Shown in pieces: positions 1 to 12,292 of a stretch of DNA of 64,000 nt. The DNA comes from Azolla caroliniana (lineage: Eukaryota > Plantae > Polypodiophyta). A program made the position numbers and the translations under genes. The DNA lies in NCBI GenBank assembly GCA_043228905.1, contig JBHGNT010000007.1:1736001-1800000 (forward strand), in the 5' to 3' direction. The notes beneath the pieces were generated by a model. That model was not told the origin of the DNA. It was given only the letters and a program-made list of their open reading frames with translations, and did not search any database. Each line of letters opens with the position of its first letter. The stretch's first letter is position 1.

Positions 1-1245
1 AACACTTGGAGGGAACAGCCACCGCGGTGGTTGATAATTCCACTTCACTTTACCATCCATTATCTGCAGCATCGAAGAACCGCTCCATTTTCGAAGGAAT
101 CGAGCTCTAGCTTCTTCACTTGCATCAGATGGCCCTTGAAGACTTTCAAACTCACCTCGCAACGTAGAAATAAGATTAAACCAGATCATCATTAAATTCT
201 CAGCCGGTGGGGTTCGTTTACCTGCGAGGGTCTCCTTGCACCGAGATACCCACACTAGCCAGACCATAAGGCCGACCACTAATACCCATATGTCCACGTA
301 GCGTTCCTGTAAGAAGAATAAACCTCCTTGCGTGGCTAGTTGCATAGATCCTTGCTTCACCATTAAAGAAGGACTGTTTCCATCCCACCCTTGAAACCAC
401 GAGGCCGATTCAGTGGCCAGCCAAGTGATTGTTGCGCTCGATACATGAACCTCAACCCCAAAACGAGCCAAGATTCTTAAGCTCCTCAACCAGATTTCTT
501 GTGCTCGTGGGCAGCACCACAAACAATGAGCGATGTCCTCCAAGCTCGCACTACACGCCTTGCAACCACTCATGCCACCTCTATTCCCAAGCCACTCTCC
601 CGTTGGAACAGCCCGATGGGTGATTAACCAGAAAAACACTTTGATCCGCTCGGGAAGGGATGAGTTCCATATCCTGCTCCTGGTTCTATCCACGAAGACT
701 GAATCGATAGCTGCATGGGTCCACTTGTTGGCACATTTCTCACGATACAAATCTAACTTTCTCCCCAAGCGTGTCGAGTATTCGAAGAAACCTAGTAATT
801 TAGCTTGTTCTCCCTTCCACCTATATTCAACGGGATCCCATTCTACGCGCTCGAGAGGCTTGCCTTCAACCACGTACAAGATCCAATCCTCCTCGACCTC
901 TTCGACTGGTGGATTCACCTTCCATTTCTTTCCGTGTCTTGCCACAATTCTAATAGGGTACCAGCCTGCACTTTCATCTAATAATCCCATCAGGACGGTC
1001 TTCCCACTCTTTCCTAGACCCCTGACATTGATAATATTTCCGATACCATCACATTGTCCAAACCATTCACCCTCTTCCTCATTACCAATAGGAAGCGAGG
1101 AGACAGCTGTATTGACTACGTCAAGCATCTTTCTGCCATTTCTGACCTTTCCCATGTCTTCATATAATTGATCACGATTATTGCCGGACAACCGCAGCCA
1201 ATCAGCCACCGAGTGTATCCCTTGACAATGCAATATAGCCCACGG
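1..1245 (-). mobile_element. L1-clade LINE, 3' part of ORF2 (zf-RVT / C-terminal region), runs off the window start
   Basis: Bases 1-682 are near-identical to 50672-51353, whose minus strand encodes a zf-RVT-like segment (KVFFWLI..RAVPTG..CKAC..EDIAHCLWCC) and the C-terminal WNYQPPRWLFPP. Coding-like sequence continues to about 1245. Confidence 0.8.
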
Positions 1246-2243
1246 CATGCGCTTGCTTTGTCTGAAAAGGTTGAATAGTATCAATAGGCCTTCTTGCCTT
1301 ATATAGAACCCAACATTCAAGATTAATGTTTTCAATGTAATATTCTGATTGTGTCCTACCATTTTTCCAATGCTTCTTTAATAATTTTATTGACTTTTCC
1401 TCAATAACCACATAGTTCAAACATCGCTTAAAGGCTCTAAAAGATCATTCACATCTCATCTTTTGAACCATTTTTTGATGTCAGTTACCCAACCAAATAA
1501 GAGAATTTAGTTCTTGTGATTCTTGAGTAGTTTACATCCAACATTCCAAGCAATATGTGATCATCTATCATTTGGCATATTCTTAACATATATCTATGTA
1601 CTCTATATAGTGTCAATATCTCTATAGGTCAAGCACATGTTTCCAAGAGCATAACTTGATAGGAGTTAGTGGATTTAACTCCCAATTGTCTCCTTAAAAA
1701 CATCATTTGAATCTTTTCTCAATCTCATTCCGTGCATTTAAAGGGATAGCCTCCCCACACTCCTGCTCCATAAAGCAATACTTGTGTTATCATGCATTAA
1801 CTAACATTAGTTTCACTTCCTATCCATGAGTATCACTTTGGTTGCATTGATTTATCAACCAACTTGAAGTCTAGACTCAAAGCATGCACTCCATATATTT
1901 GTGACAAGTACACCAATACCAAGATACTTAAAGCGATGCACAAATTGTGCATGTTCTTCCTTATATGTAAGCATAGGGTATCAAAGAGGTTGGATGGTTC
2001 GCACTACAAACATTTTTGTTTTATCCACATTAATAGTTAGTCCATCACTTTGGCAAAATGCTCCATGTAATTGTTGCATACCATCAACACAATATAAAAA
2101 GATAATCACGTCATCCACATACATAGCAATAAGATATCTTGTTGCATAAGTCCTAGATCATCTAATCCTTCTCTTTCAACACCATTCACTACTTCCAATT
2201 TATTGATGATAAACCAAAGAGTATAGAGTATAGGTGATAATAG

Positions 2244-2326
2244 TTATCAGGTGGCTTAATGGTTAAGTCATTGGCATATGTACACACAAGTCACAAGTTC
2301 GAGCCTTTCCCATAGTGACCATCACA
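2244..2326 (+). mobile_element. Short tRNA-derived (SINE-like) insertion
   Basis: A-box-like TGGCTTAATGG and B-box GTTCGAGCC at tRNA spacing; interrupts the QG..LSP motif of the host RT. Confidence 0.5.
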
Positions 2327-2339
2327 AAATCCTTGTTCA

Positions 2340-3039
2340 TGTCACGATAACATACATTTTGGCTTACAAGGATTTGAACCCACAACCTCTTGGTATACGT
2401 GTCAAACCTTTAACCATTATGATAACATATATAATACATAATTATATTATTATTTATTATACGATATTTAGAGTTTTCTAGAACAATCTAAAATATTCCA
2501 TGATTATCTTAAATATCATAAATATCTAAAATACTCTAAAACATTGTAAAATACTCTATAAGGACCTATAAATAGGTGTCTATTCATTCATCAAAACTCA
2601 TTCAATTCAACACCAGTCTTCAGCCCCTTAGTCTACTCTTTGTAACCCTTGTTCTCTTATAATATAAACTCCTTTCCATTCCAAATTTTCTCTCTCTCTC
2701 TATACCTTCTATCTTCATCTTTTCCTATTTGTTCTCTCATTCTCTCAAGTCACGACAGTTTGAACCAAATTTGTTTTGATGAATGAGTAGACACCTATTT
2801 ATAGGTCCTTATGGAGTATTCTAGAATGTTCTAGAGTATTTTAGATATTTATGATATTTAAGATACTCATGGAATATTTTAGAATGTTCTAGAAAACTCT
2901 AAATATCGTATAATAACAAATAATATAATTATTATGACTATACATCGTATATGTTACCATAATGGTTAAAGGTTTGACACGTATACAAAGAGATTATGGG
3001 TTTGAATCCTTGTAAGCCAAAATCTATGTCATCATGACA
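2340..3039. mobile_element. LTR-derived fold-back element: complete LTR (2340-2757) + GT + inverted U3 (2760-3039)
   Basis: Starts TGTCACG, ends CATGACA; 5-bp TSD gttca/attca. 2760-3039 is the reverse complement of 2340-2610 with substitutions. TATA at 2567. Confidence 0.85.
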
Positions 3040-3789
3040 ATTCATAGCCTATATTCCGTTCATCAAGTGTGATAGCATATTGAATACGCTCATTTTATTA
3101 TGTTCCATTTTCCACTAACTGAGAGCCCATAGGTTTGTACTTGAAGTAGCAAAGTAGATAGAACCTTGTTTAACTTTGCATAATAGCTTTCATTCCCAAA
3201 CACATGTTTATCACCCACGTTTGTTACATGCTTTGTTGACATGAACTTTCGAAGGAGTCAACTCTACGAGATTTGTGATTTGAAGTATTCCTAACACAAT
3301 TTGAATCATCTCAATTTTCTTTCCATCCAAACACTATCATCTACCAACCTTTCCATTGTTTCCAATGTCTACATCCTGCTTTACCCTCTTAACAAAAGGC
3401 CCATCTTCCTTGGCATCAAGTGTTCCATTAACCTACCTCTCTCCTCCTGTTGCTAATGTATAGTTTCTCACATCCATAGTTTTAGGTTTACCTTATCCAC
3501 TGTGCTTGATTCTTTACTTATATGTGATTTAGATGACCTCGATTGGATTACTTTACTTCAGCTCACTTTCAACCTCGTAAATGCAATCCCTCAATTCATT
3601 TACGGTCCATTGAAAGTCTTTTCTACATTTCCTAACTTCACCTCAACACCAAACACTTCCTTAGCATCAGTTCTTGTTGCTTTGTTTTGACCAAAGCTTC
3701 CAACAGCCACTATGCATAGCCATCATCACTTTGACCTTCGAAGGCTCCTTCTCCAAAATCTTCCTTTATACCTTACCATTCCGAATCGG

Positions 3790-4866
3790 GCAACTTTCAT
3801 AGATAAGATTACCATTCCCAAAAGAGAATCTCCCAAGAGGCTACAACAAAAATGACCATGTGTGGGGGCATTCTCCTTGAAGCTATTAGCTTCAGATCTA
3901 CCTTTAAATGACCATTCATGGATGGTTTCTCCTTGAAACTACTGGCATGAGATACATCCATTCTCATAAGACCATTTTGGGGTGGGGTCTAATTGAAATT
4001 ATTTCTATGAGGATCCTTCCCCTTCAAATGACCGTTCCTGAATGGGTTCTTCTTCAAGCTATTAGTATAAGGATCCAACCTCATGATTTTATCATCTTGC
4101 GGTAAGGACAATAACAAAGTCCCACTAGACATAGGTACAACTTGTTTGGCTAGGGATGGATCATTGGATATGGGACAATTTAGGTTTTGAACCATATACA
4201 TACTCAGAAACTCAAGTTACATACCACATGATGAGCATGGGGTTCAAAATGTCTCTAGAATTGGCATTAATGACCTTGCAGCCAGAGGTTGGGACTGAGT
4301 ATTAACACGTGCTTTTAGGCCTCGGCCACAACCTTCACCTAGAATACCTTGAGAAAATGGAGGATCGATTGGTGACCTTGCTCTTCTTAGATCATTCTCG
4401 AATCCATGGAACTGGTACTTTTTGGGCAAATAGTACCTGAACCCTGAACAACATTCGATGATGATAGTTTGCCACGGCATCTTAAGTCATAAGCCGACTT
4501 ATTGGCCTCGTTAGAAAGGATTGTCCAGGCTCTGAAATGTATTTAAAAGCCGTTTCAGCTCCTAAAGACTTGTTCTTATCAGGATGCAAGACCAATGCAA
4601 GACTTCTGCACTGTTTCTTTATTGTAGATTCATCATCCGAAGATCAATTTGTAAAATACCATGTAAGTTGTGATCATCTCCTTGAAATTTCTTATGTGCA
4701 AAAATTTGGACATCCAAGACTGATGTAAATTGATCAATCCCATCAAGCTCCGGGAAAATCTGTCTTGACTTACGAGCAAACTCGTGGCACCTGAGAAGTC
4801 ATGTTGTAGAAATCTTGACTCTGTTATGCCTTTCGATCTTAGTGCCTCATTTTTATTACATTCCAT
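3790..4866 (-). pseudogene. DnaJ (J-domain) protein pseudogene of the plant 'MECNK..A' DnaJ/DUF3444-type family
   Basis: Across frameshifts the minus strand reads MECNKNEALRSKGITESRFLQHDFSGA..FARKSRQIFPELDGIDQ..HGILQID..DDESTIKKQCRSLALVLHPDKNKSLGAETAFKYISE.WTILS..AYD, with the HPD motif intact. Upstream donor and acceptor sites (about 5765, 5650, 4893) suggest retained 5'UTR introns. The 3' end is approximate. Confidence 0.85.
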
Positions 4867-5130
4867 GCCTAACTCTGCTACCTCTTGATAGTCTGGTAAA
4901 GAAGAATAACCTAAAACACTTCAAAAACAGGTCTTGGTAAATAATGCAACCCTAATCCTAAAAGGGAGAAATGTTCTTTAAAGCCCTAAAACGGCTTAAA
5001 ACAAGGGATTACCAAGAAGTACAAATATAGCCCTAATCAAACCCTCACTATCTCTAAAATCTAAATGTAATTTGAAATATGGGATATTCCAACACATCAA
5101 ACCCTAATATCTCTTCATAGTCTAGTGAAG

Positions 5131-5309
5131 AAAAATAACCTAAAACACTTCAAAAACAAGGGTTTCCGAGAAGTACAGATATAGGGCATTCCAAATATTG
5201 CCAGGAAAAATAACCTAAAACACTTCAAAAACAAGGGTTTCCGAGAAGTACAGATATAGAGCATTCCAAATATTGCCAGGAAAAATAACCTAAAACACTT
5301 CAAAAACAG
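5131..5309. repeat. 75-bp tandem repeat, about 2.4 copies (further partial copy near 4905)
   Basis: aaaaataacctaaaacacttcaaaaac.. recurs at 5131, 5206 and 5281. Confidence 0.9.
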
Positions 5310-7221
5310 GGGATCGTCTCTAGAATTAAGATGATACTTGAAATACAGGGCATTCCGATGCATCCAACCCTAATCCTTTCCCTAAAGCACTTGGAAATAA
5401 ATCATGTCACGGAATGTAAGCTTGACCCTAGCCCTAACCTACACAAAAAGCTAAAACACTAATGACAAAGCTGAGCCAAAAATAAATGAAACACTTGGAA
5501 ACAGAGCATGCAAAGGAATGCAGCCGAACCCTAAGCCTAAAAAAAAAACTTAGAAACAGGATATACCAAAGAATGAAACCTAACCCTAAACCCTGCAAAT
5601 AAACCTAAATCTTAAATTGGACATATGGTAATGCAAAGAAGAAGAAAACCCTGAAATGAGAACGAGACATTTATTGAAAATAGATTCTAAATTGGAATGG
5701 CATGAGAAAAGTCTGAACAAATCTAACCATGGCAAACACACACAGATTCAATATACTACTACTTACGAGAGAAGAATGAGAGCGATGAAGAGCAGTTGTC
5801 ACTAATGTTTTGTGTCGTTGTTGGGATGTGAATCGCCATGGCGATTGAGGAAAACACAGCTTCCTCTTTAGAGATTTGTGTAGAAGAGAAGCTGGATACA
5901 GCCATTTGTTTTTCTCAGGAACAAACAGGATGTCTTCCTGTATGCCCCCACCATGCATTCCCATTAATTCCGAAAATGCCCACATGATCAATCACAAGTC
6001 AACTAATTCTGTGACATATGTCCACACATCTCTCCACTTCGATCAGAAAATGCGGCATTTTCTCTAACATTTCATTCCGATCCGGTTCGAGGATCGGGGA
6101 TCGGGGATCAGGGATCAGGATACCCCTATACATCTCTGACATTCCATTCCGATCGAGATGCCCCACACATTGGTTGTTTCGACCAGGTATGTTTCTTGGC
6201 CAGGGACACCCTGCCCCAACCACTCGAGCCATTCATTATAGGAGGCTCTATTGGTATCATCCTTTTTTCTCACTTATGTATATGTTTTATGTCCACGCAT
6301 ACATCTGTACATTGTCATTGCATTGGGAGATGTTTATGTATGTACCCCAATGCCCATTTTCCATTCCAATAAGAAATACATTCCCTTTTTGTATAGAGTA
6401 ATCATTTGGAGCAATAATATGGGACTTGATATCATGCCCTTCATTAATTGAGAGAGAGAGAGAGAGAGGAAGAAGAAGAAGGGCAAGAAGAAGAAGAAGA
6501 AGAATTAGGGAAGAAGAGGAGGAAGAGAGAATGCTTTTTCTCTTTCTCTTTCTCTCATGATGGTGACTGAAGATATCAATTTGAAGAAACAGAAGATTGA
6601 TCATCCGAATCAGCAAAAGGAGGATATAGATATGGTGCAGAAGCCATCATATGCCCAAGTTGTTGTTGAAGGGGAGGAAGTGGCGATGAGTGATCAATAT
6701 TGGGAGACGATCCATGCTATTGCAAACCAAGTGTTACATGACGTGCTACCCGATGATGAAGAGATTTTGGTGGACACAATGACTGATGATATTGTGTAGG
6801 TGGAGCTGCCTCGCAAGGACATCTTGAAGGCCTATTCCATGTTCCATGATCGAGGTATTATTTGTTTCTTTATTGTAAAAATTCCCCTAGTTGATTGGGT
6901 ATGTCAATGGTTAAATGGGTAGAAATACTGTGGAAGATGTGTATAAAGGTCCAAGAGGTTTTTTTTAGGTTATATTTAGTACTGAAGAACAAAGAGATAG
7001 ATTATTATCTCGTATCCCAGTTTTCTTCAATAATAAGTTGGTATACATTGTTCCATGGCGACCATTAACAAAATTTGAAGAGATTTTGAAGCAGGAGTGT
7101 CCAATATGGGTTGAAGTAGAGTGTAAATTCTCATTTTTGTGGCCCAATATACAAAGTGTAATGGAACAACTTGGAAAAGTGATAGTTGCTCCATATCAAA
7201 AAACGCGTAATAGATATAGGT

Positions 7222-7668
7222 TGTCAGAACCAAGAGAGAAGGTAAAGTGATAGAAGAAATATATAAAGAGATCATAAGAAGAGGAATGAAATGATAAGAG
7301 AAGAATGAATGTATTAAAGTAGAATAAGAATGGATACAAGATAGGCGATGAGAGCTTAAGACTGGTGTTGATTCGAATTGGTTTGAGAAGAATTGTATGT
7401 CCATATTTATAGGTTCCTATAGAATAGCCTAGTGATTTCTATAATGTTCTAGAATGTTCTAGACCTAGAATATTCTAAGATGTTCTAGGATATTCTAGAA
7501 TGTTCTAGAATGTTCTAGAACATTTACAATATCAATCTATTATAAGAAGTAGCTTTTATTATTTAATATAATCATATATTATCTTAATGGTTAGGTTCTT
7601 GATTATGTATTACAAGGTCTTGGGTTCAAGCCCAAGTGTAGCCACATAATGTTCACGGATTCATGGGA
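7222..7668 (-). mobile_element. Solo LTR (same group as the 2340 LTR) inserted in LINE ORF1
   Basis: TGTCA start, degenerate CATGGGA end, TSD taggt (7217-7221 / 7669-7673). Minus-strand TATA near 7405-7412. Shares the tcaacaccagtc R-start motif with the 2340 LTR. Confidence 0.85.
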
Positions 7669-10600
7669 TAGGTTATGTATTAGTTGTGGAATACAACTAA
7701 GAAGAATCCGTTGTGGTTAAATATAAAATCGGAGGAAATGCGGTCATTTCGTTGCCAATTGCATTGGGGTTCATTTGCTGGTCATTGTTTTAAATGTGGT
7801 GGATTGGGTCATTTTATGGCTGAATGTCAACAAATACCAGTTGGTGAGGGTTCTAATACCCCTTGTTGTGATATGGTAATGCTAAATCGAGTAACGCAAG
7901 AACATGAGAGGAACAAAAGTCAGGAGGTAAATATAGGTAAAGAAAACACTATAGTGCCTTCGGAGCAAAAAAGTAAACGTGTTGTAGAAGAAGTGTTAGA
8001 AGAGTCTGAAATAGAGGAAAGACCTTGGACCAAGGTTGGTGCTAATGGAAGGTTCTCAAGTTATCATAAGGAGAATGTTCCATTAAAACAAAGACAAGAA
8101 CTCATAGGTTCATCTAGCAATCCTATGGGGTTATCAAAGGTGATTTCCAATCAATCTCAACGAAAATCAAAACCTTGGCATAAGTCTCAATATCAATCAA
8201 ATCAAGGATCAAGACCTTTTAACCTTAGATTTGATCAAATTGGTAAAAACTCATTTCCCCATTAGAGAAGCCACTTTGGAAAGGAGGTAATTCAAGAGTC
8301 ATAGAGGCATCAGTCCATAACCAACTACCATATGTACAAAATGCTTTTGCAGTCTTGAGTGATTATTTTGGAGATATCCCAGAGATATTAGCTCAATGGG
8401 AACACGATCAGGTTTTGAAGAAGTAACCTAATTAATGTTGATGAAGATAGTCACGTGGAATGTAAGGTGTGTTTGTTCTCCTTCTAAGAAGTTTGGTATG
8501 TGGAAAAATGTTTTTGAGGGGCAATGAGATATATTGTGTGCAGTAAAGCATAAGGACCATGCTAAATCTAGGTCTTTTATTCAGCATAATGGGTATCATG
8601 TCTGTTATGCGAGTGTCACTAGTGGACTTTATTCATGTGTAATTCTTATTGTTAATGATACCTTGCAACCAATAGTAGTTCAAAGTGATATACATGGTCG
8701 GTACATAGTGGTTAATTTTAGTTATAAAGAAGAAAGGATTTGGATTGTTGGTATTTATGCACCAAATGAAGTCTCTCAACGTATTGAACTTTGGCAACAT
8801 TTGAATGAAGTTCTTAGTAATGGAAATCTAGGATTATTATTGGGTGATTTCAATATGTGTTCAAAGGTGGGGCAATCTACTTCGATGCATAGTTTGATGG
8901 ATGCTCCAAAAAGAGCGGTTTGGGACTTATTTGCAATAGAGGTTTTGAAGTATGATGCATGGCTTTGGATTAATGGAACAGATTCTAGGTATACTTTCCA
9001 ATCCACACAATTCAGATCAACATGGAGTAGGTTGGATCGCATATATATAATGCATGATGAAAGGTTTTTGCCAGAAGTGTTGATTATGCAGGTATATAGA
9101 GGTATTGCATCGTCTTATCATTTTCCAGTTATCTTGGAATGCACACATCAAGGGGTGGATGGTTTTAAAGCTTTATTGGGAAGACAATCGCTTAGATTTA
9201 ATTCTTCTTTTCTTGAGCATGAAAGTTTCAGGCATGCTATGGGACAGCTAGTGGGAGAATTTAGAAGACAAGTTAACATTGGTGGTGCTTCTTCCTGGGA
9301 TATTTGCGTTTCTAATATTCAACGGTTTGCTCGACATTATGGGATTTCTCAAGCAATTGTACATAAACAAAAAGTGAGATCACTCCAACCATTATTACAT
9401 AGGTGTAATGCTTTGTTGGTCTCAAGCCCGGTGGATAACGTATTATTGGATATTCAAGTTACATTGAATCAAGCACTACAAGATCTTGAGGTCAGAAGTT
9501 ATCAACAGTTTCGGGTGAGGGACAAGAAACAAGAGGTATATGATCATAACTCTGTCTCACATAAATTCTTTCATGGGTTACATGCATCTCATGCCAGAAT
9601 GGATGTGGTACACATAGAAGTTGATGGAACTTTGAGTACAAATCCACAAGTAATTATTGATAATTGTATTCAACATTTTACAAAATTTCTAGGTCATGAA
9701 AGTATTCTAGATAATGATATGAAAGAAGCATGAGCAATGTTTTTTCAATCCATCAAGGCAATGTTAGGCAACAGGTTGTGATGAGTATAGAAGAGGACAT
9801 AAGAGAAGAAGAGGTGGAGTATGTCTTATCACATCTTGCAAATGATAAAAGTCCAAGTTGGGATGGAATTACGAATGAGTTTTTTAAATCATTTGTTCAA
9901 GATCTTAAAGGGCCCCTTACGACAATCTTTCAAGAAGTGTGGAGTTCTGGTAACATGCCTAATTCCTGGAAGATTGGGCTCATCAAACTTATACCTAAAG
10001 TTGCTTCTCCTACTTCATTTGGTCAATGGAGGTCAATATCATTAATGGGTGGTTTATACAAGATTTTTACCAAAGTAATTGCCAATCGACTTCAAAAGGT
10101 ATTACCCTCTATTGTACATCCTATGCAATATGGATTTATTACATGAAGGGACATCCTTCATAACATTTTAAATGTTCAAATGGTTCTGGATTATGCGAAG
10201 GAATCAAAACAAGAAATTGTTATGATACAATTGGATATTGAGAAGGCTTATGATCATGTCAATTGGTCATTTCTTGCCCAACTTATGTTTGAGATGGGTT
10301 TTAGTACAAGGATGTCTTGACTCTCATTTATGTTGGGATTAGGTGCAATGTCACATGTCATGTTAAATGGTGGAGTGACTAAGGCAATATCATTAACAAG
10401 GTCAGTGAGACAAGGATGTCCATTGAGTCCATTATTATTTGCCATTGTTACCCACCCAATTTTGGTTAAAATGCGTGAGTTAGCGATATGTCGAGATATA
10501 GTGGGACTTGTTTTATCCTCTGGGAATCAGATGATAGCTCAAGCATTGGCAGATGATTCTTTTTTGTTTCTCAAGGCGCATCCCAATAACATAGCCAAAG

Positions 10601-12292
10601 CCATGGAGGTGTGGAAGGTGTTTGCCTTAGCATCAGGTTTACATATTAATATGCACAAGTCATTGTTGATTAGATGCACTGAACAAGATTTGATTAATCT
10701 TCGTTGGAGTGGCCGAATATTAGATAAAGGGAAGATTTGTTGGCATTTGGGCTACCCGATTGGTGTGGATATTTCACCAAATCAAAGCTTGACTTGGATT
10801 TCTTGAACCATAGCAGATAAATTTATATATTGGAAGTCCCAAGCTTGGTCATTTGCTACTCGTCTCAAAGTGGTGCAAGCAATTCTGATTCTGATGATTT
10901 CATATTTTTTGCCTTTGTTACCTTGGACAAAGAAATCACTTGATCACTTGGCTCGTGCTCTTAGGTATACGTTATGGAAGAAAGACTCCAAATTTGGTAT
11001 CAATTGGGTTTCATGGCCTCATATATGTACCCCAAAACATTTAGGAGGAGCCGGTTTACTCAATTTGGAAGATCATCTGGTTGCTCGAAGGTTTAGTCTC
11101 TTGAAAGAGATGTGTTCAGGTTCTCAACCATGGGCAGAGATAATTTGTTATTTTGTGGAGCAAGTGGGGATACAACATGGTAAAACAAAAATTAGAACTT
11201 CATGGTGGCATGTTATTAATAGCACTCAATCATTTAGATGTTCAACATCTACTATTGTTCAACATTTAGTGGTCTCTTGGCAAAAAAGTTTGAAGTTGTT
11301 CAATTGGAAACCAACTGATTGTAGAAAATATTGCAACTCTTTGCCAGCAGAGGTGATACCATCTTCAAGATTATTACAATGGGATGGAAAAGACAATTTA
11401 AAGTCAAAGTTTAATATCTAAATGGCAGAACTAGGTTTGGTAACTGTGGAGGATGGTATTTTAGAGTCACAGAGGCAGATGATGGCTTTTCGAACTGTGA
11501 GAAGTAGATTTCATATACCTCCTGGATATGGTCAGATTTGGCAAACAATAGTACAATTGCCTATTTTATCATCACCGATTCCACAATTGGTGGTGGTGGA
11601 ACCGTGGAGAGATTGGTTTTTTTATAACAAGAAATCATTATTTGCAGTGAACACAAATGATGTTTATCATAAGTTGGTTAAGGATAGAGTTTGGGTACAG
11701 AGCAAGGTTTTGGATACATGGCACATTATCTGTGGAAGTGAATGGTGTGCTAGAGTTTTAGATGCAGGATGGAAGTCTCGTCTTCCTTTCTGTGCAAAGG
11801 TGTTTCTTTGGCGTGCTATGGTTGGTGGGTTACCTTTGGCTAGGGCTTTAAAACAAAGATACATTGGTAGTGGTACATGTGTCTTTTGTACGATGGTTGA
11901 TGAAGATTCTCGACATAGGTTTATATCTTGCCATGTTACTAAAAGTATATGGATAGGTATATCACAACTGTGGGGGTCATTAACTGGAAATATTTTGTCA
12001 CCTTTTCAATGGGTTTTCATTGAAGGTGATAGAGTTTTACCATCCCCAGAGTATAAGATTGTGTTTGATTATTTGCGGTACTTGGGCATGTGGTATATTT
12101 GGAACTTGCGGAATGGTTTCTTATTTGATGGGCTTTCTGGAGTATCTCAACAGATATGTAGGATAAAAGGAAAGTTTATTTGGCAATTTTCACAATTATG
12201 TTGTATGGGAACTTTGTCTTCAAATGAGTTACATTTGTGTCGCTTTGTATTGCAGCACCTTAGAAGGTTGTCCTTGCCACATCGCTACCTTT

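Larger units (their letters stand above)
1250..3300 (-). mobile_element. Degenerate RTE-like LINE reverse transcriptase fragment (host of two insertions)
   Basis: Minus-strand remnants: QG..LSP..FGL (2200-2339, split by insertions), LIAMYVDDVI (about 2105-2135), YLGI, YGAGVWG (about 1752-1772). Many stops and frameshifts; boundaries approximate. Confidence 0.6.

Noticed and set aside
533-1171. 212-aa plus-strand ORF
   Set aside because: Antisense shadow of LINE ORF2.
2340-3039. DIRS/tyrosine-recombinase element or ordinary MITE as the explanation for the inverted repeats
   Set aside because: TG..CA ends, a 5-bp TSD and homology to PPT-preceded LTRs point to gypsy integrase products; no recombinase is visible.
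2340-3039. Fold-back as a sequencing or assembly chimera
   Set aside because: The arms differ by many substitutions, the TSDs match, the host RT resumes on both sides, and the junction recurs in two other elements.
6060-6215. ggatc-rich repeats resembling DNA-transposon subterminal motifs
   Set aside because: No matching second TIR or TSD found.
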